From Craspedostauros australis (taxonomy: Eukaryota), in NCBI GenBank assembly GCA_030167865.1, contig JALAGF010006081.1:1-36751 (forward strand): a stretch of DNA of 36,751 nt. Reading direction: 5' to 3'. Of the stretch, positions 1 through 12,245 are shown piece by piece (the stretch's first letter is position 1; each line of letters opens with the position of its first letter). The notes under the pieces are model-generated. The model was given only the letters and a program-made list of their open reading frames with translations, ran no database searches and was not told where the DNA came from. Made by a program: the position numbers and the translations under genes.

Positions 1-640
1 GACGAATGGTGAATGGCAAGTGTGGATCGGATGATGACTGTGAAGGGTAATGCAATCATCCAATACACAGTTGCATGTCACACGGGGCTGGAATGATGCA
101 CTCGTGACCACCATCAGGTACAAGCGAATACAGCCCTCATGTAATGACGAACAAGGAACCGAGGAGTCGGAATATCCCATTACCACGAAGTACAAAAAGG
201 ATCGTGAGAGAACCCTCCGGTGATAATGGATGAAGCTGGTAACGAACCAGCGAAGTGAATGTGATAAGGGATGGCTGCCTCAACACGAGACATCGTGTGA
301 GAAATTGTGAGAACAACGGTTCAACCGTGAGAACAGTTGTGTCTCTTGTGTTTTGTGAAAAACTCGAAAGATGACGATCCGACCGAGTGAATCGAATCGG
401 TGAAGCCTGTGAATCAACCATGTCTACGATGATGAATCTATCAGAGGAAAGACAGGGTGAATTCACGAGATGGGCAACCTTGCAAGATGAATGCATGGTA
501 GATCAACAGATGCAACCATGAGGATTGCAGCAGGAGATCGATCATCAAGATGAAGGAGCAATGAAGAGCTCACAGTTCGAAAGAGTAGATTCTAATAACG
601 ATTAGTCTCCTACTACTAACACCACCCCGGATTTCCAACA
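1..640 (-). mobile_element. Solo-LTR-like element, family A (partial, runs off window), inserted in the endonuclease of the left LINE
   Basis: Minus strand starts at 640 with TGTTGGAAATCCGGGGT, the same terminus as the elements at 25283 and 30175. Positions 462-592 match 27266-27437 in inverted orientation. It interrupts LINE ORF2 right after HIRVATLNLGG. Confidence 0.75.
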
Positions 641-811
641 GCCGCCAAGATTGAGAGTCGCCACCCGGATGTGGCCCGGTAAGACGTGTTGTACGTCCCC
701 TCCAATGGGCGCGAACTGGTCAGCCTCCTCTCCCGTGTCTGGTCGGCCCGCATCGTTGTGCCTGTTGCTCTGCCGGCAGGGCTTTGGCTGGCTTGCATTG
801 TTTGCTAACAT
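641..811 (-). pseudogene. LINE ORF2 N-terminus (start of AP endonuclease), truncated by insertion
   Basis: An ATG lies just 5' of the ORF1 stop (ATGTTAG). The frame reads MLANN..GGDVQHVLPGHIRVATLNLGG, matching WGDNPRDKGRHTIRIGALNVG of the right copy. Confidence 0.65.
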
Positions 812-3415
812 GGCGGCATAGCCCTGGCCCCGGGGTTGGCCTTGCTGTGAAGCTGTTCGAGCTCCCGTCGCAGTTTGTCGATTTGCGCCCGCTGTATCTC
901 GAGACGCGCCTGGTCGAGTTCCGTCTTCCACTGTCTTTCTTGCTCCATCGCCGCCGCTCTGGTTGCCTCTCGTTGCTTTTCTGACTCCGTGGTTTCGATG
1001 GACGCTGCATCTGTTGCTCCCAGAGCGCCCGTCATTGCTGAATTCATGGTCATGTGTGAACCCACAGTGGCACCCGTACCGAACAGGCTGCGGTAGTCCA
1101 GTGCTGCAGGTCGGTGATTTCCAACATTGGAGAGTTTGGCCAGGAGGTTTGTGATTACGACGCTGGCCAGGAACTCCTCCTCCAGGAGATGCTCCAGGTT
1201 GCTGCTGTCGGGTGCAATGTATTCCTTGGTCTCTGGGTCATAGGTGACGCTGAGGTTTGCAAACCACGCGTCCACACTAAACCACTTCTCCGTTTTGGTC
1301 CCCAATTGGATTCGCGCTATTGCTGGGAGGAGACTCATGATCGCTGTGGCCTGCGACTTGTTCTCTTCGAACACATGCGCGATGAGCTGGTCATCATGTG
1401 CTCAAGCCATGTCGAGGCTTTGGAAGATGGGCAGCCCCTTGTTGTTCTTCATGCCCATAATGTGTGCTCGGAGCGAGATATGCTCCCTGTTGTCTCCGTG
1501 AATTGGATCGTCCAGCTTCTCCACCCCGGATGTATCAACATAATGGAGGCTTGACAGGACTGCTTGGTGCTTTTGGATGAGCATGTCACGATGTCGTTTC
1601 TTCTTTGCCGTCATCTGCTCATACCTGGATTCTGGGAGAAAACGCATGCGAAGTCCGGCAGGGTGGTTTTTGTCTTCGTTGAGCAGCTCACAGAGCCTTT
1701 CCACTGCAATCGCCGCTTGAGAGCTCTCTGTCTCAACCTTGATGGCTCGCCAGGGTTGCATTGTCCAGTGTTTGCCACTGTTCTTGTATTTCTCTTTCGT
1801 TTTGTTGCATACCAGCACCAGGTTTTTGAGCTTGCCACCAACCCTGGTGTTCTTGTGGCGTTGGCGGAACTCGCAGTTTATGAGTTCCATGGTTCCTTTG
1901 ACGTCGTTAAAGCCACCGGAGTAGAGGAGGAATCTGATCTCCTTCGTGCTTTCCACCTGGAGGGTGCTGACGTACAAGCCCTCTTGGTTTTTGTAGTAGT
2001 ATGGGTTCATCTCCGCGTCTCTTTTGGCTGAGATGTTGGTGGGGTGCATGTCTGTGGTGATGCGGACGTTCGTGTAAGTCAATCCGCTGTCCATGGTAGA
2101 CGCTCGGATGCCCTTGAAGAATACCTGTAGCTCATTGAGTTCGGTTGGGATTTGGCCCACATGTTGAATGTAGCGGCGTTCCTCGAGCGTGTCTTTCCAT
2201 GGAAGAACGATAGCTGATGGATCTGTGATGCGAACCTGACGGAACCAGGCTACAATCCTGTCTTGGAGAGCTTTGGTGGTGTCTGGTTCTGTCTGATCGG
2301 CTTTGATCTTGAACATAAATCTGGTTGTGTGCTGCAGGCTTGGCACGCCGATGAGGGCTTGGCTTGTGTTGGATTCACTTGAGAAGTCGTCTGCCCCAAT
2401 CTCCAAGGCCAGCTGACTGAAGGTGACGCCCCGGTTTTTGTTGGGTTGCACTGCCTTTTTCTGTGGGTAGCCCAGTACTCGCCATGGCTGTTCCGTTCGT
2501 AGGATCATTGTCTCCCTTGCGGGTGGCGGTGTCCGGCTGCGGCTCGATCATGCCCTTCGGTTGGGTGTCTGGCTCCTCATTGTCCAGCGCCGCGAATCTG
2601 TTGAGATTTGTGCCGAGAATGGTTCCTTGGCTTCTGGGCGACTTCGAGATCCTGGCTCTTTTGGTGGGGTTGGAAGGGGCGGGGTTATCAGCTGGGTTGT
2701 CGTTGGAGTCGGCGTGCGGCTTTCCTGACTGATGGTTTGCGCCTTGTTCTTCCTCGGCGGCAGACTCTTTTGTGTGAGGGACTTTTGGGGCCGTGCCAAT
2801 GTCGTAGTTGGTTCCGAGTACTCTTCGCGTGGCCTCCCATGCTCTGGCTGGCCTGGATCTAGCACTGATGCCCCCATTGGGCTTGACTGTGAACACTTTC
2901 CTTGGATCGGTGGAAGCCATCCGCACGACTGTCATGCATGCTCGTTTGCGCCTTGGATCGTCAGATGGTAGACTCATGGGGTCGTATTGTGTGTGGCGCC
3001 CGTTGAGAACGCGTCGATAGAACAACTCCCAGTCTTTGACAGATGGGTTGGCGGCTGACGCTTCTGCCTCGTCCTTGCCATACCATTTTGCTCTTGTGCT
3101 CCACATCTGGCCTGCCATGTAGTCGATGGAGTGTGGGCCTGTGGCCGCAGCGAACGGCTCGATGTCATGGCCATACTTTTTCTCCGTCGTTTTCCACGTG
3201 CTTGTTCTGGGCCTGTATTCGATGGTGAACTCATCTGGGGCCTGTGTCGTCATTTCTGCACCGTTCAACTCCGTTCTTTTGGCCGATACACTGCTGCGAT
3301 GAGAGGGTTCCTTGTCCTGGGAGGTGTCGTGTGGGGGTTGCTCGGTACCGCCGTTGTTGCGGTTTGAAAGTGCCCCGTTTTGGTGATCCGCCATGGTCGA
3401 GTCGTTGCTTGTCAT
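805..3415 (-). pseudogene. LINE ORF1, broken by one frameshift (about 2400-2500) and an in-frame TGA (1402-1404)
   Basis: ORFs 2375-3415, 1402-2508 and 805-1374 are collinear with ORF1 of the right LINE. The last two are in the same frame across a single TGA. The C-terminus has a coiled-coil-like E/Q/R-rich stretch. Confidence 0.75.
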
Positions 3416-3504
3416 CGTGACTGTTTTCGTGTTGTTTGCTGTCAGATTGGTACTAAATTAGTTTTTCTATTGGTTGGTTTGAGTTGCCGGAGTTCCGAAA
3501 CTAT

Positions 3505-3558
3505 CACACTCTATTGTTTATTACTACGTGCTAGTTCACCGTAGAGAGCAATGGTGCT
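3505..3558 (+). repeat. 54-bp duplicate of the ABCG 3' flank (8244-8297)
   Basis: CACACTCTATTGTTTATTACTACGTGCTA..GCAATGGTGCT, 51/54 identical, same orientation. Confidence 0.9.
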
Positions 3559-3753
3559 TGTTAGAACGAAATCAAAGAGGAGATTCCGCACCGAAATGTA
3601 GAGTGATCAGATCGTTGTTGAGGTGAGGATGAGTGAGTGTTATTGAGTTATTCGTATGGGTACGACTAGGTAGAATGCTGTCAAGCTCCAAAGGTTGAGA
3701 TCTTGGAACTGTGAGCATGAGGGGCAACTTGCAGGTCTTATGCAATTGCAGGT
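3559..3753 (+). mobile_element. LTR-like element fragment, family B
   Basis: Begins TGTTAGAACG. It is a clear inverted homologue of 28044-28241 (ends CGTTCTAACA) and is cut at 3754 by a family A terminus. Confidence 0.65.
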
Positions 3754-5172
3754 TGTTGAAAATCCGGGGTTATAGTATGAATCTAATCTGTCATTAGATC
3801 ATACTGTTATAGAACTGTGAGAACAATCTCCTTGACTCTCTTCAGTTCCAATTCAATAGCAAGCATGATCCGTAGCAGTTCACCATAGTAGTTGGGACAC
3901 ACTAGCTCCACCGCCGCGTTAGAGCCGCGAGTCCAAGCAAGTGAGTCCTTGTGTGAGCGAAATTGATTTTCTCATTCGACACCAGGGCCCACTAACATGC
4001 ACAAAACTTGCAACAAGGACACAGTGGATAACCAAGCAAGACGGGGCGCAAAATCAGACACTCGCCATGCTCTCATGACGACCTGATCTTGTACTCCGCT
4101 TGTCACCATCTGCTCTGACGCAAGCAACACTCTGTCTGCAAGTGCATTGCTTCCTTCTGTCATCTGTTGCTGCAACCAATCAGATTGTAGCTCTCAACAA
4201 GACCAAATTGGCTCTTCCTTGCTCAGGATCGGAAGATTCGGGTCAGACCTCTCCAAAGAAAGGATATGCATCAACTGCTCCACAGGAGTAGGTGATGTCC
4301 TGTTTGGTTCTACCAAAGAACGGCTTATCCCATGGCGCTGCATGCTTGACTTTTCTATGACTCCTCAAGTTGGACAACCTTTCATCATAAATCACTTCGA
4401 TAGCAATTCATTACAATATTTTGCAATTATCCTCAGTTCACATCTATTAAGTTCACTTTTCCCTGCCTGGCTCTCAACAACAAGCGGTTTCAAACCGGTT
4501 GAGAACAGGCCATCTCAGGGAACGTGTCCCCGAAAGGCACGAAACATTCACTATAGTCATACACTTGTCCATGGTTGCTTTCATCTGCATCATCATCTTG
4601 CTCTCATGCTCTCCCCTGCAGATTTGTCATGCGTTTCAGTAGTGCCATGCCTCTTCTGCATTCGAGCAGTATTTCTTGTACCCATACAGGCACCTCAGCA
4701 TGCGTCTCAGACTGATCGATCCCACATTGTCTTTGACTCCTCAGTATTCTTCCTACGCCACCACAATGGTCTCATCAATCATGTTTTTCTGATGTCACAT
4801 CGTCATTCGCGCTCTGGGGTGAAGAAGGGATTGCCTCCGTTTCTCCCATTGGGGTGACTCTTGTGCGTCGATGTGCGTCGACATACTTGGGATTTATCAA
4901 CAGTATCGCACATAGTCTTGGTTCATGTGCGAATACATCCCTAGTGGTCGAATCATAGGTTCTCCCTCATTTTAATGGTGGTTCATGAATATACTCCATT
5001 GTGGGACATGACCGTGTTTGGTCTCAGTTGCAGATGGAGGAGTGAGGAGGGACAAGCTACAAGGTGATCCGAGTGTGGTCAACAGAGTTGAATCCATTGA
5101 GTCATGAAAACGTTATTGGGAGGTGCGTCAATAATGGGTATCTTGATAAAGTCGTGCCTCGGATTCCTGACA
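3754..5172 (+). mobile_element. Solo-LTR-like element, diverged family A, with a nested 663-bp insertion
   Basis: Starts TGTTGAAAATCCGGGGTT and ends GGATTCCTGACA like the 25283 and 30175 copies. About 750 bp without the nested element. Flanks (GCAGGT / AAGAGT) do not form a TSD. Confidence 0.7.
3890..4552 (+). mobile_element. Non-coding AGT..ACT element (family C), copy 1, 5-bp TSD ATAGT
   Basis: ATAGT at 3885-3889 and 4553-4557. A highly similar inverted copy lies at 5187-5846. Confidence 0.85.
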
Positions 5173-5186
5173 AAGAGTACTCCACC

Positions 5187-5846
5187 AGTGAATGTTTCGT
5201 GCCTTTTTGGGGACACGTTCCCTGAGATGGCCTGTTCTCAACCGGCTTGAGGCCGCTTGTTGTTGAGAGCCAGGCAGGGCAAAGTGAACTTGATAGATGT
5301 AAACTGTAGAGTAATTGCAAAAGCTTGTGAATTACAATCGATTTGAACTATGGTGAAAGGTCGTCCAGCTTGAGGAGTCATAGAAAAGTCAAGCATGCAG
5401 CGCCATGGGATAAGCCGTCTTTTGGTGGAATCAAACAGAACAGCAACTGCTCCTGTGGAGCAGCTGATGCATATCCTCTCTTTGGAGATCTGACCTGAAT
5501 CTTCCGATCCAGGACGAGGAAGAGCCAATTCGGTCTTGTTGAGAGCTACAATCTGATTGGTTGCAGCAACAGATGACAGAAGGAAGCAATGCACTTGCAG
5601 ACAGAGTGTTGCTTGCGTCAGAGCAGATGGTGACAAGCGGAGTACAAGATCAGGTCGTCATGAGAGCATGGCGAGTGTCTGATTTTGCGCCCCGTCTTGC
5701 TTGGTTATCCACTGTGTCCTTGTTGCACATGTTGTACATGTTAGTGGGTCCTGGTGTCGAATGAGCGGAATAATTTCGCTCATACAAGGACTCACTTGCT
5801 TGGACTCGCGGCTCTAACGCGGTGGTGGAGCTAGTGTGTCCCAACT
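5187..5846 (-). mobile_element. Non-coding AGT..ACT element (family C), copy 2, 5-bp TSD CCACC
   Basis: CCACC at 5182-5186 and 5847-5851. It is the reverse complement of 3890-4552 with scattered substitutions. Confidence 0.85.
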
Positions 5847-6100
5847 CCACCAATACATCCTTCGATTCCACGTGGAACTTCGTGAGACCAACGACCATGT
5901 TGTGACACTTGTTCTCAATTTTTTGTTTTGCGATGTGCGACAAAACCCAGATGCGCCAACCAACAAGGAACAGCCACAGACACTGTTCATGTTCACGCTT
6001 GTGCATCGTCAGTGTCAAACAGTGCAAGTAACTACGAAAGACGTATTGGCCCGTTGTTTCGTGCCCTGGTCGGAGCTCTTGTTGTTTATTTTGTGAGTGC

Positions 6101-6205
6101 TGTCCGAAGACAGCCCCCGACCAGTATTTGACTAATAGGATTAGTAAAGAAGTAAGAAGTAAGGAATTCTGTGAGAATTGTCAGTCAGGATCACAGCTTC
6201 GGACA
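6101..6205. mobile_element. 105-bp TG..CA mini-element with 9-bp terminal inverted repeats
   Basis: TGTCCGAAG ... CTTCGGACA. No TSD in the flanks. Confidence 0.4.
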
Positions 6206-6306
6206 GGAGGATCACCATCACCATCATTGCCATTGTTGCCAACGTCGCTACCACCATCAATATCACCACCGCTATCGCCAACGCCGCCATCATCAACAAC
6301 AGTGCC

Positions 6307-8067
6307 ATGATATCAAGGCACATCATCTCCATTGCTGCGTGCGTGTCAGTCGCGTTGCTCATCACAAGCACACCATCTGCCGCCTTTTGTGCGCGATGGA
6401 AGTCCACACGTGATTGTCGGAGATTGGCACGGTGGGGACAACCGCACCAGGGCAACTGCGCTCCTGCTTCAACCCTGCTGCTGGCATCGTCTTCATCTCC
6501 ATCTCCATCATCGGCGAGCGCGAAATCAAGTGCGCAACCAAAGTCAAAAGCAAAGCCAAGAACAACACAAACAAAAACAGAGAGAAGGACACCAGCAGCA
6601 TCAACTCCAAACAAAGATACATCGACAAGTGCTGCTCCAATACAAACAAAACCAAACATTCAAGTGCGCAGTTTGATGCACACTATTCGATCACATTTCG
6701 GGGATACGAACAACCGTGGTGTCTCGTCCACCAAAGCCTGGGCAGGAACAAGAAAATACCTGTACGCCACAGCGGATGCCGTATCCCTCAAGCAAGCTCA
6801 AGAAGTCCTTGACTTGCTTTCATCCATCTGTCCTGCATCGACCGCAAAGAAAGTCGTTCAGGTAGCACCCCAAGTACTAACAAAGGATGTGTCCAAGATC
6901 CTTGCACCAGCATCGGAGCATTTCATCAATGTATTAGGAAATGAGGCATTCCAGAAAGAGATCGATGATGATCCTCAACGCTGGCTGTCGAATGTGAAAT
7001 CCTACAACTCCGAGTTGGCTTGGAACAAACTGGTGAGACATCTCTCCGATGACTGGGGCATATCTTCGAGAGCCATCAACAAGCTCAAAGCTTCGACGGT
7101 GGCCATATCAACCGAATCGACAGCTAGAATCAACGCATCTATGACCTACTTAGATTCAGTGATGGATACAGAATGGTTGGAGAAACGAAAGAAGACGACA
7201 TCCACTATCGCCGAACTGGTGATCATGGGTTGGCCAACCACAATCTTGTCGGACACCAATACAGTGTTGAAGCCACGCGTTGAGTATCTGATGCAAAGAC
7301 TGAACATGACTGAAACAGATTTCACGGTGTTCATGAACCGACGTGGTGGAGGCACATTGGCTTATTCGTCGGAAGACAAGATCAGACCAATGTTGGAATA
7401 CCTGCGAACCATGTTGAATGAGCAGGAACTGAAGAAGTGTGTGATGAGAATGCCACTCTTACTGAATTTGGCGATAGAGACTTTGCAATCCAGGGTTGAG
7501 TTCTTCGATGACATCGAACGACGCCACTTTGAACGTTGGTCTTCTCACACGCTGAACGTACAACAAGGAGTGGAAGAGCGATCGCTAGCAGTGTGCATAC
7601 TCACCACTGGACCACCTGTCTTTTGTCTCGACTTCTCAACAAATGTTCAGCCCAAAATCGATTTCATCAGCAAAGTGTGGGGTGAAGCCTCATTGATTCA
7701 GAACTTGCGCCAGTTTCCCAGACTTATCGGGCTGAATGTAGAATGCAACCTCAAGCCTACGCTCGACTTTTTCAACCGCACTGGCTACGTGCTGGTGTCG
7801 GACGATTGGAAAATATGCCAACAAGAGACGGTAGTGTCTACTTCGTATGTGGCCGCATCGCTCAACAGTCGATTATTGCCACGATGGTACTTCGTCCGAT
7901 CGCAGAACCCTTCGTATCGCCCATCACTGAGTTCCATTTGCACAGACACAGATGCTCGCTTTTGTAAGTGCGCAGGTCTTGATCTGGAACAGTATTTGGA
8001 GTTCAAGAAGAAGCATGGACCAGCCCTTGAGCTCCCAGATCCGTCAGATCTTCAACTCGACGAGTAG
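6307..8067 (+). CDS. mTERF-family protein, probably plastid-targeted
   Basis: Recurrent mTERF-like motifs (LKPRVEYL, IRPMLEYL, VQPKIDFI, LKPTLDFF, LLPRWYF). The first ATG at 6307 gives a signal peptide ending PSAAF (ASAF-like) followed by an S/T/K-rich transit-like stretch. Confidence 0.75.
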   Translation: MISRHIISIAACVSVALLITSTPSAAFCARWKSTRDCRRLARWGQPHQGNCAPASTLLLASSSSPSPSSASAKSSAQPKSKAKPRTTQTKTERRTPAASTPNKDTSTSAAPIQTKPNIQVRSLMHTIRSHFGDTNNRGVSSTKAWAGTRKYLYATADAVSLKQAQEVLDLLSSICPASTAKKVVQVAPQVLTKDVSKILAPASEHFINVLGNEAFQKEIDDDPQRWLSNVKSYNSELAWNKLVRHLSDDWGISSRAINKLKASTVAISTESTARINASMTYLDSVMDTEWLEKRKKTTSTIAELVIMGWPTTILSDTNTVLKPRVEYLMQRLNMTETDFTVFMNRRGGGTLAYSSEDKIRPMLEYLRTMLNEQELKKCVMRMPLLLNLAIETLQSRVEFFDDIERRHFERWSSHTLNVQQGVEERSLAVCILTTGPPVFCLDFSTNVQPKIDFISKVWGEASLIQNLRQFPRLIGLNVECNLKPTLDFFNRTGYVLVSDDWKICQQETVVSTSYVAASLNSRLLPRWYFVRSQNPSYRPSLSSICTDTDARFCKCAGLDLEQYLEFKKKHGPALELPDPSDLQLDE

Positions 8068-8374
8068 AAAGAGCATTCACTGCGATGCCTCTCCCTATCA
8101 ATATGAAGGCTATATCTCATAATGTAACGCCAATCGACGAGTGCGAGTACGCTTATGACAACCATCCGAGTGCTATGCTGTGTGAGGAGACTGCGCAGTG
8201 CACCGCTTCGTCCAACATTTCGTCACTCTCTGACTATCAGATGCACACTCTATTGTTTATTACTACGTGCTACTTCACTGTAGAAAGCAATGGTGCTCAT
8301 ACGTACGAGTACATGGTATGGTATGTACTTGTATGGCGCCACACATAAGTACGTAGCACCGCCCCCATCACCAA

Positions 8375-10526
8375 TTAGTAGAATTTGCTGGCCTTGCTGG
8401 TCAAGACTGTGAGTGCCAGCAGACGGAACACCACGAACAGCGCGATAAGCACCAGCCAGTACCAGTACGATTCATCGTCGTNNNNNNNNNNNNNNNNNNN
8501 NNNNNNNNNNNNNNNNNNNNNNNNNNNNNNNNNNNNNNNNNNNNNNNNNNNNNNNNNNNNNNNNNNNNNNNNNNNNNNNNNNNNNNNNNNNNNNNNNNNN
8601 NGCAACCAGGATGGGATGAGCTCTGTGGCAACGAAGAAGCCTGCGAACAGCATCTGCGGGACGAAGAGGATTGGGAGCATCTCGGTGGCCATCTTGGGAT
8701 CCTCGACTGCGCTGCCGAGCGTGACTGCCAATGCCGTGGATGCCATGGACAGAGCGTAGGTGATGATCAAGTACTGACCATAATCCATCTGAAAGTCGAT
8801 GAGGAAGTAGGTGATGATTGTGAGCACGAGGGTCTGGGCCAAGGTCACCATCGCCTCCATGGTGAGCCGGGACAGGNNNNNNNNNNNNNNNNNNNNNNNN
8901 NNNNNNNNNNNNNNNNNNNNNNNNNNNNNNNNNNNNNNNNNNNNNNNNNNNNNNNNNNNNNNNNNNNNNNNNNNNNNNNNNNNNNNNNNNNNNNNNNNNN
9001 NNNNNNNNNNNNNNNNNNNNNNNNNNNNNNNNNNNNNNGTGCCGAACATTCCCATCATCAGGCAGATGATGAGAGCACCGAATCGACTCTGGGTGTTGGA
9101 AGAGTCAGACGGGTCGGTGGCACCGACGTCGTGGAAGATGATGCCGATGAGGATACCCAAGAAGGCTGTCAGGCCGAACTTGGTTCCAAGTGCCGCAGTG
9201 TCGCGGCGGAAGTTGACCAGCTCGCGGGTGAACAGCAGGTAGAGTTGAGTGAAGAGACCGACGGGACGTGGATCGAAGTCATCCTCGCCACTGTTGGAGC
9301 GAGCTGTGACTCCCAACGCATCGTGCCTGCTGGTATCCTCGCCGTCGAATGGATCTGGCAGATCACGTTCGTCAACCGGGAAGAATCCAGCCTTGTCGAG
9401 TTCGGGAATGTCGACTGACTGGGCCACGTTCATGATGTGGTCGGCGCTGTTGTAGTACTCTGGGACTGCCTGTCCGCGCTCAGCAAAGTACTCCGGCACG
9501 GCCGCGACTGCGCCTTGGTACATCACACGGCCCTTGTTCATGAGGATGAGATGGTCGAAGGAGTTGAAGATCTCGGAGCTGGGTTGGTGAATGGTGAAGA
9601 GGACGCTGGATCCGGCATTCGCGACCTTCTTCAGGACACGGCAAAGCTGAACCGCGGAGAAGCTGTCCAATCCAGATGTGGGTTCGTCCAGGAACACGAG
9701 AGCCGGCTTGGTCACCAGCTCCACTCCGACGGATGCGCGCTTGCGCTGCCCGCCGCTGATTCCCTTGATCAATGCACCTCCAACGATAGTATCGGCGCAG
9801 TCCTCCAATCCGAGCTCGGTCAGCATGCGGTTGGTGAGGAGCTCGATCTCCTCGTCCGTGGTGGATCGAGGCAGACGAAGGCGAGCAGAGAAGCGGATTG
9901 CCTCCCGTGGCGTGGATGTGACCTGGAGGGAGTCATCCTGGGCGACGAAGGCGATTTGCTGGCGTACCTTGACATCGGTTGGATCGACCCTGTAGTTGTT
10001 AAGCCGGACGTCGGAGGTGATGGTGATGCGACCACGGGAAGCAGCACGTCCAGCCAGGATGTTGAGGAGGGATGTCTTTCCGGCGCCACTGTTGGGTCGT
10101 AGATCGTTGTTGGTTTGTGTTGCAAGATGGGGAGTGGTGAAGAGCAATAGATTGGTGAGTTGGTTCCGTGAGATGAAATCGTAGTGGATAACGGATGCAC
10201 ACAAGGACATGCCGATCGAATGTTGCTGTGTTGCATCGGTCGCAAACTGGATATCCAACGGCGGGAATGCCAACTTTTGCGCGTGCGTACCTTGGTCCCA
10301 TGATGGCGGTGGTCTGCTTTGCAGGAACCTCTCCCCACACGTTGTCGAGGAGCTTGCGATCCTCCTCTCCTTCCTGCCCCTTGAGGATCATGTCGATGTT
10401 GGTCCATGTCAGGGTCTTGCCTGCGCGCTCAGCGAATGGATCTCCAGGGATGTTTGGTTGGCCCTTCATGGCGACTTCGGGTGCAGCATTTTCGATATCT
10501 TCGACGTTGTCCTTGGTGGCAGACAT
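8375..10526 (-). CDS. ABCG: ABCG (White-type) half transporter; exons 10526-10291 and 10088-8375
   Basis: Splicing GT(10290)..AG(10089) rebuilds Walker A MGPSGAGKTS. Also present: signature ISGGQRKR, Walker B FLDEPTSG, H-loop TIHQP and a C-terminal TM domain. Two N runs lie inside. Confidence 0.93.
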
Positions 10527-12245
10527 GGTGATCAGCGGTGATGAACTGTGATGGATACTGGAGTTGATTGCTTTTGATGGTGCTTCGGCAGATGGGTTGG
10601 GTGGTGGCGTTGGCGGTGTGCTTGTGTTTGTGTTTATGTTTGCTTTATGGTTTGTGAAATCGTACGGATTTTATGATACTGTTGTGATGAGTATTGGTGG
10701 ATTGCCTTTTGTTGTCAGAGGTGATGTTGGTGAGCATCGCCCCTGCATCTTGCAGAGAAGAAGAGAGAGGGTCAGCTTCGTGTGTGGGTCGATTGTTTCC
10801 ATGTCTGGAGGCGAAATGATGGAACAGTGACAAACGGAACGAACGATCGAACATCCGAGAACAGGAACCGCCAAGATCAACATCGTAGAGGCGTTCGCAT
10901 CCTTCCTCGATGTTCCGCCTTGGTTCTGGGGAGATTCGATGTTCGCATGTTTCTATTGGCAGGAAAAGATACCTTTTCACATTGATCTCTGGATGAGTCC
11001 AAAGATGTTTTGTGGATGGCTGTTGGCATTGGACAAACAAAGACGATGGAATACCCATACTCCCCCTCTCAGAGATGAGGTGAATCACCTGTTGTACAAT
11101 GATTGTGATGGGTGCAGCATGTTTGAAACGAGGTGACAATGAAGAGGTCCGGCAATAAGTTGCGAGCTTCGTCGGTGGCAACGAGAATGGTCTGAGTGCG
11201 GAATTTGAAGTTAATGGTGGAATCGAGTGTTGTTTCCGGACTGCATGCTCGCAGCCAAACGAGCATCGAGAGTACACGCATCGCTATATCGTCGTGTTAC
11301 AGTGGACCTGTCTTGTTCGTTGTCCAAGACCTTTAGCACAGATGAGCTTGTCCCGTGGAGTCATTGTTTGATGTTGTACCATACCACACACAACACCATT
11401 GCTGCAGCTCGCTGTCTTCATTTCTTTCACTCTACAAGCATCGCCACTTGAAGTGGCGCAGTGCATGTAGTCTCCTCGCTCCAATCATGGGTGTGCGTAT
11501 CTCTCGAGAGACTGATTTGGATCTCATTGATTCCGTCCATGTATCTGGGCCATCGCCGCCGTCGCTTGCCGTCGCGTATTGATTTGGCAAGTGGCTGTAC
11601 TCGTCAGTTCGGAGACAGTTTCTTGCTCTTTCGCTGAGTTTTCTTCTTTCCAGTTTTTGTGGGTGAAATGGAGAAATCGAAATGGAGAGGAGTCTACAAT
11701 ATTTCAATGTAGTAGTGGCCTGATTTTTGCATGTTTGCCACTCTGGCTGCGATCTGAATCACCGCACACATTAAGTGACTTCGACATCGTGAGCATCAAG
11801 AGAAGGTGCTTGTGCAGATAGGAAGAGTCGGCTGGAATAGATTCATCCGAATATCTAGCGGAGTACAGTCTGTATTCGTTGTGGTTGCTCAGTTTTCAAC
11901 TGTGTGCTTTTGCGCTACGACGTACGAACTACATCATTTATTGGGCGTATGTGCGTGCCTCAGTAAATGTATTATACGAGTATCGCCCTTATCTACATGA
12001 AGTTTGAGCACACATCTCTTGTGAGAGAGAGAGAGAGAGAACACTTACGAGCAGGTGGGGGCAGCGAAGAGTGCACGTGGGGATCTCCATGGACGAAGCA
12101 ATCATCGATTGGAGTTGCGATCGAAGACGCTAGTGACTATCAAGAGCGCGGGGATGTTCGCATGATTTCAGCGCCGAAGGTAGACCTGATCTGTGGCGCT
12201 CGCAGAATGCACGTCGTCCTGAAAGAGTTCTCCGCTTTACGAGCA

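Larger units (their letters stand above)
641..3499 (-). mobile_element. Decayed non-LTR retrotransposon (Ambal-like LINE), 5' part: A-rich 5' UTR, ORF1 and start of ORF2
   Basis: ORF1 pieces are homologous to ORF1 of the APE-RT element at 30013-33124 (FLLYSGGF..VGGKLK vs FLAYSGNF..VGGRIK; GLRMRFLP vs GLNYRFVP; STMADHQNG..TEQP vs STMATENG..TEQP). ORF2 begins with the APE motif IRVATLN. The 5' boundary is approximate. Confidence 0.8.

Noticed and set aside
3890..5846. One large element with 660-bp TIRs (Mutator/foldback-like)
   Set aside because: Each arm has its own TSD, the outer flanks do not match, and the spacer is the tail of a family A element.
5173..5860. GAG TAC TCC ACC AAT (EYSTN) after removing family C copy 2, reminiscent of ABCG REYSTNHY
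   Set aside because: Only 15 nt, and the matching ABCG region is masked by N, so it cannot be tested here.
6178..6306. N-terminal ORF extension (Ile/Thr/Ala-rich or poly-His frames) of the mTERF gene
   Set aside because: Non-ATG start in a low-complexity CAT/CAC tract overlapping a mini-element. ATG 6307 gives a clean targeting signal.
10560..12240. Short ORFs in the intergenic regions (also 13330-14780, 19800-21050 and 24340-25280)
   Set aside because: No recognisable motifs or coding-type codon bias. Decayed genes cannot be excluded without a search.
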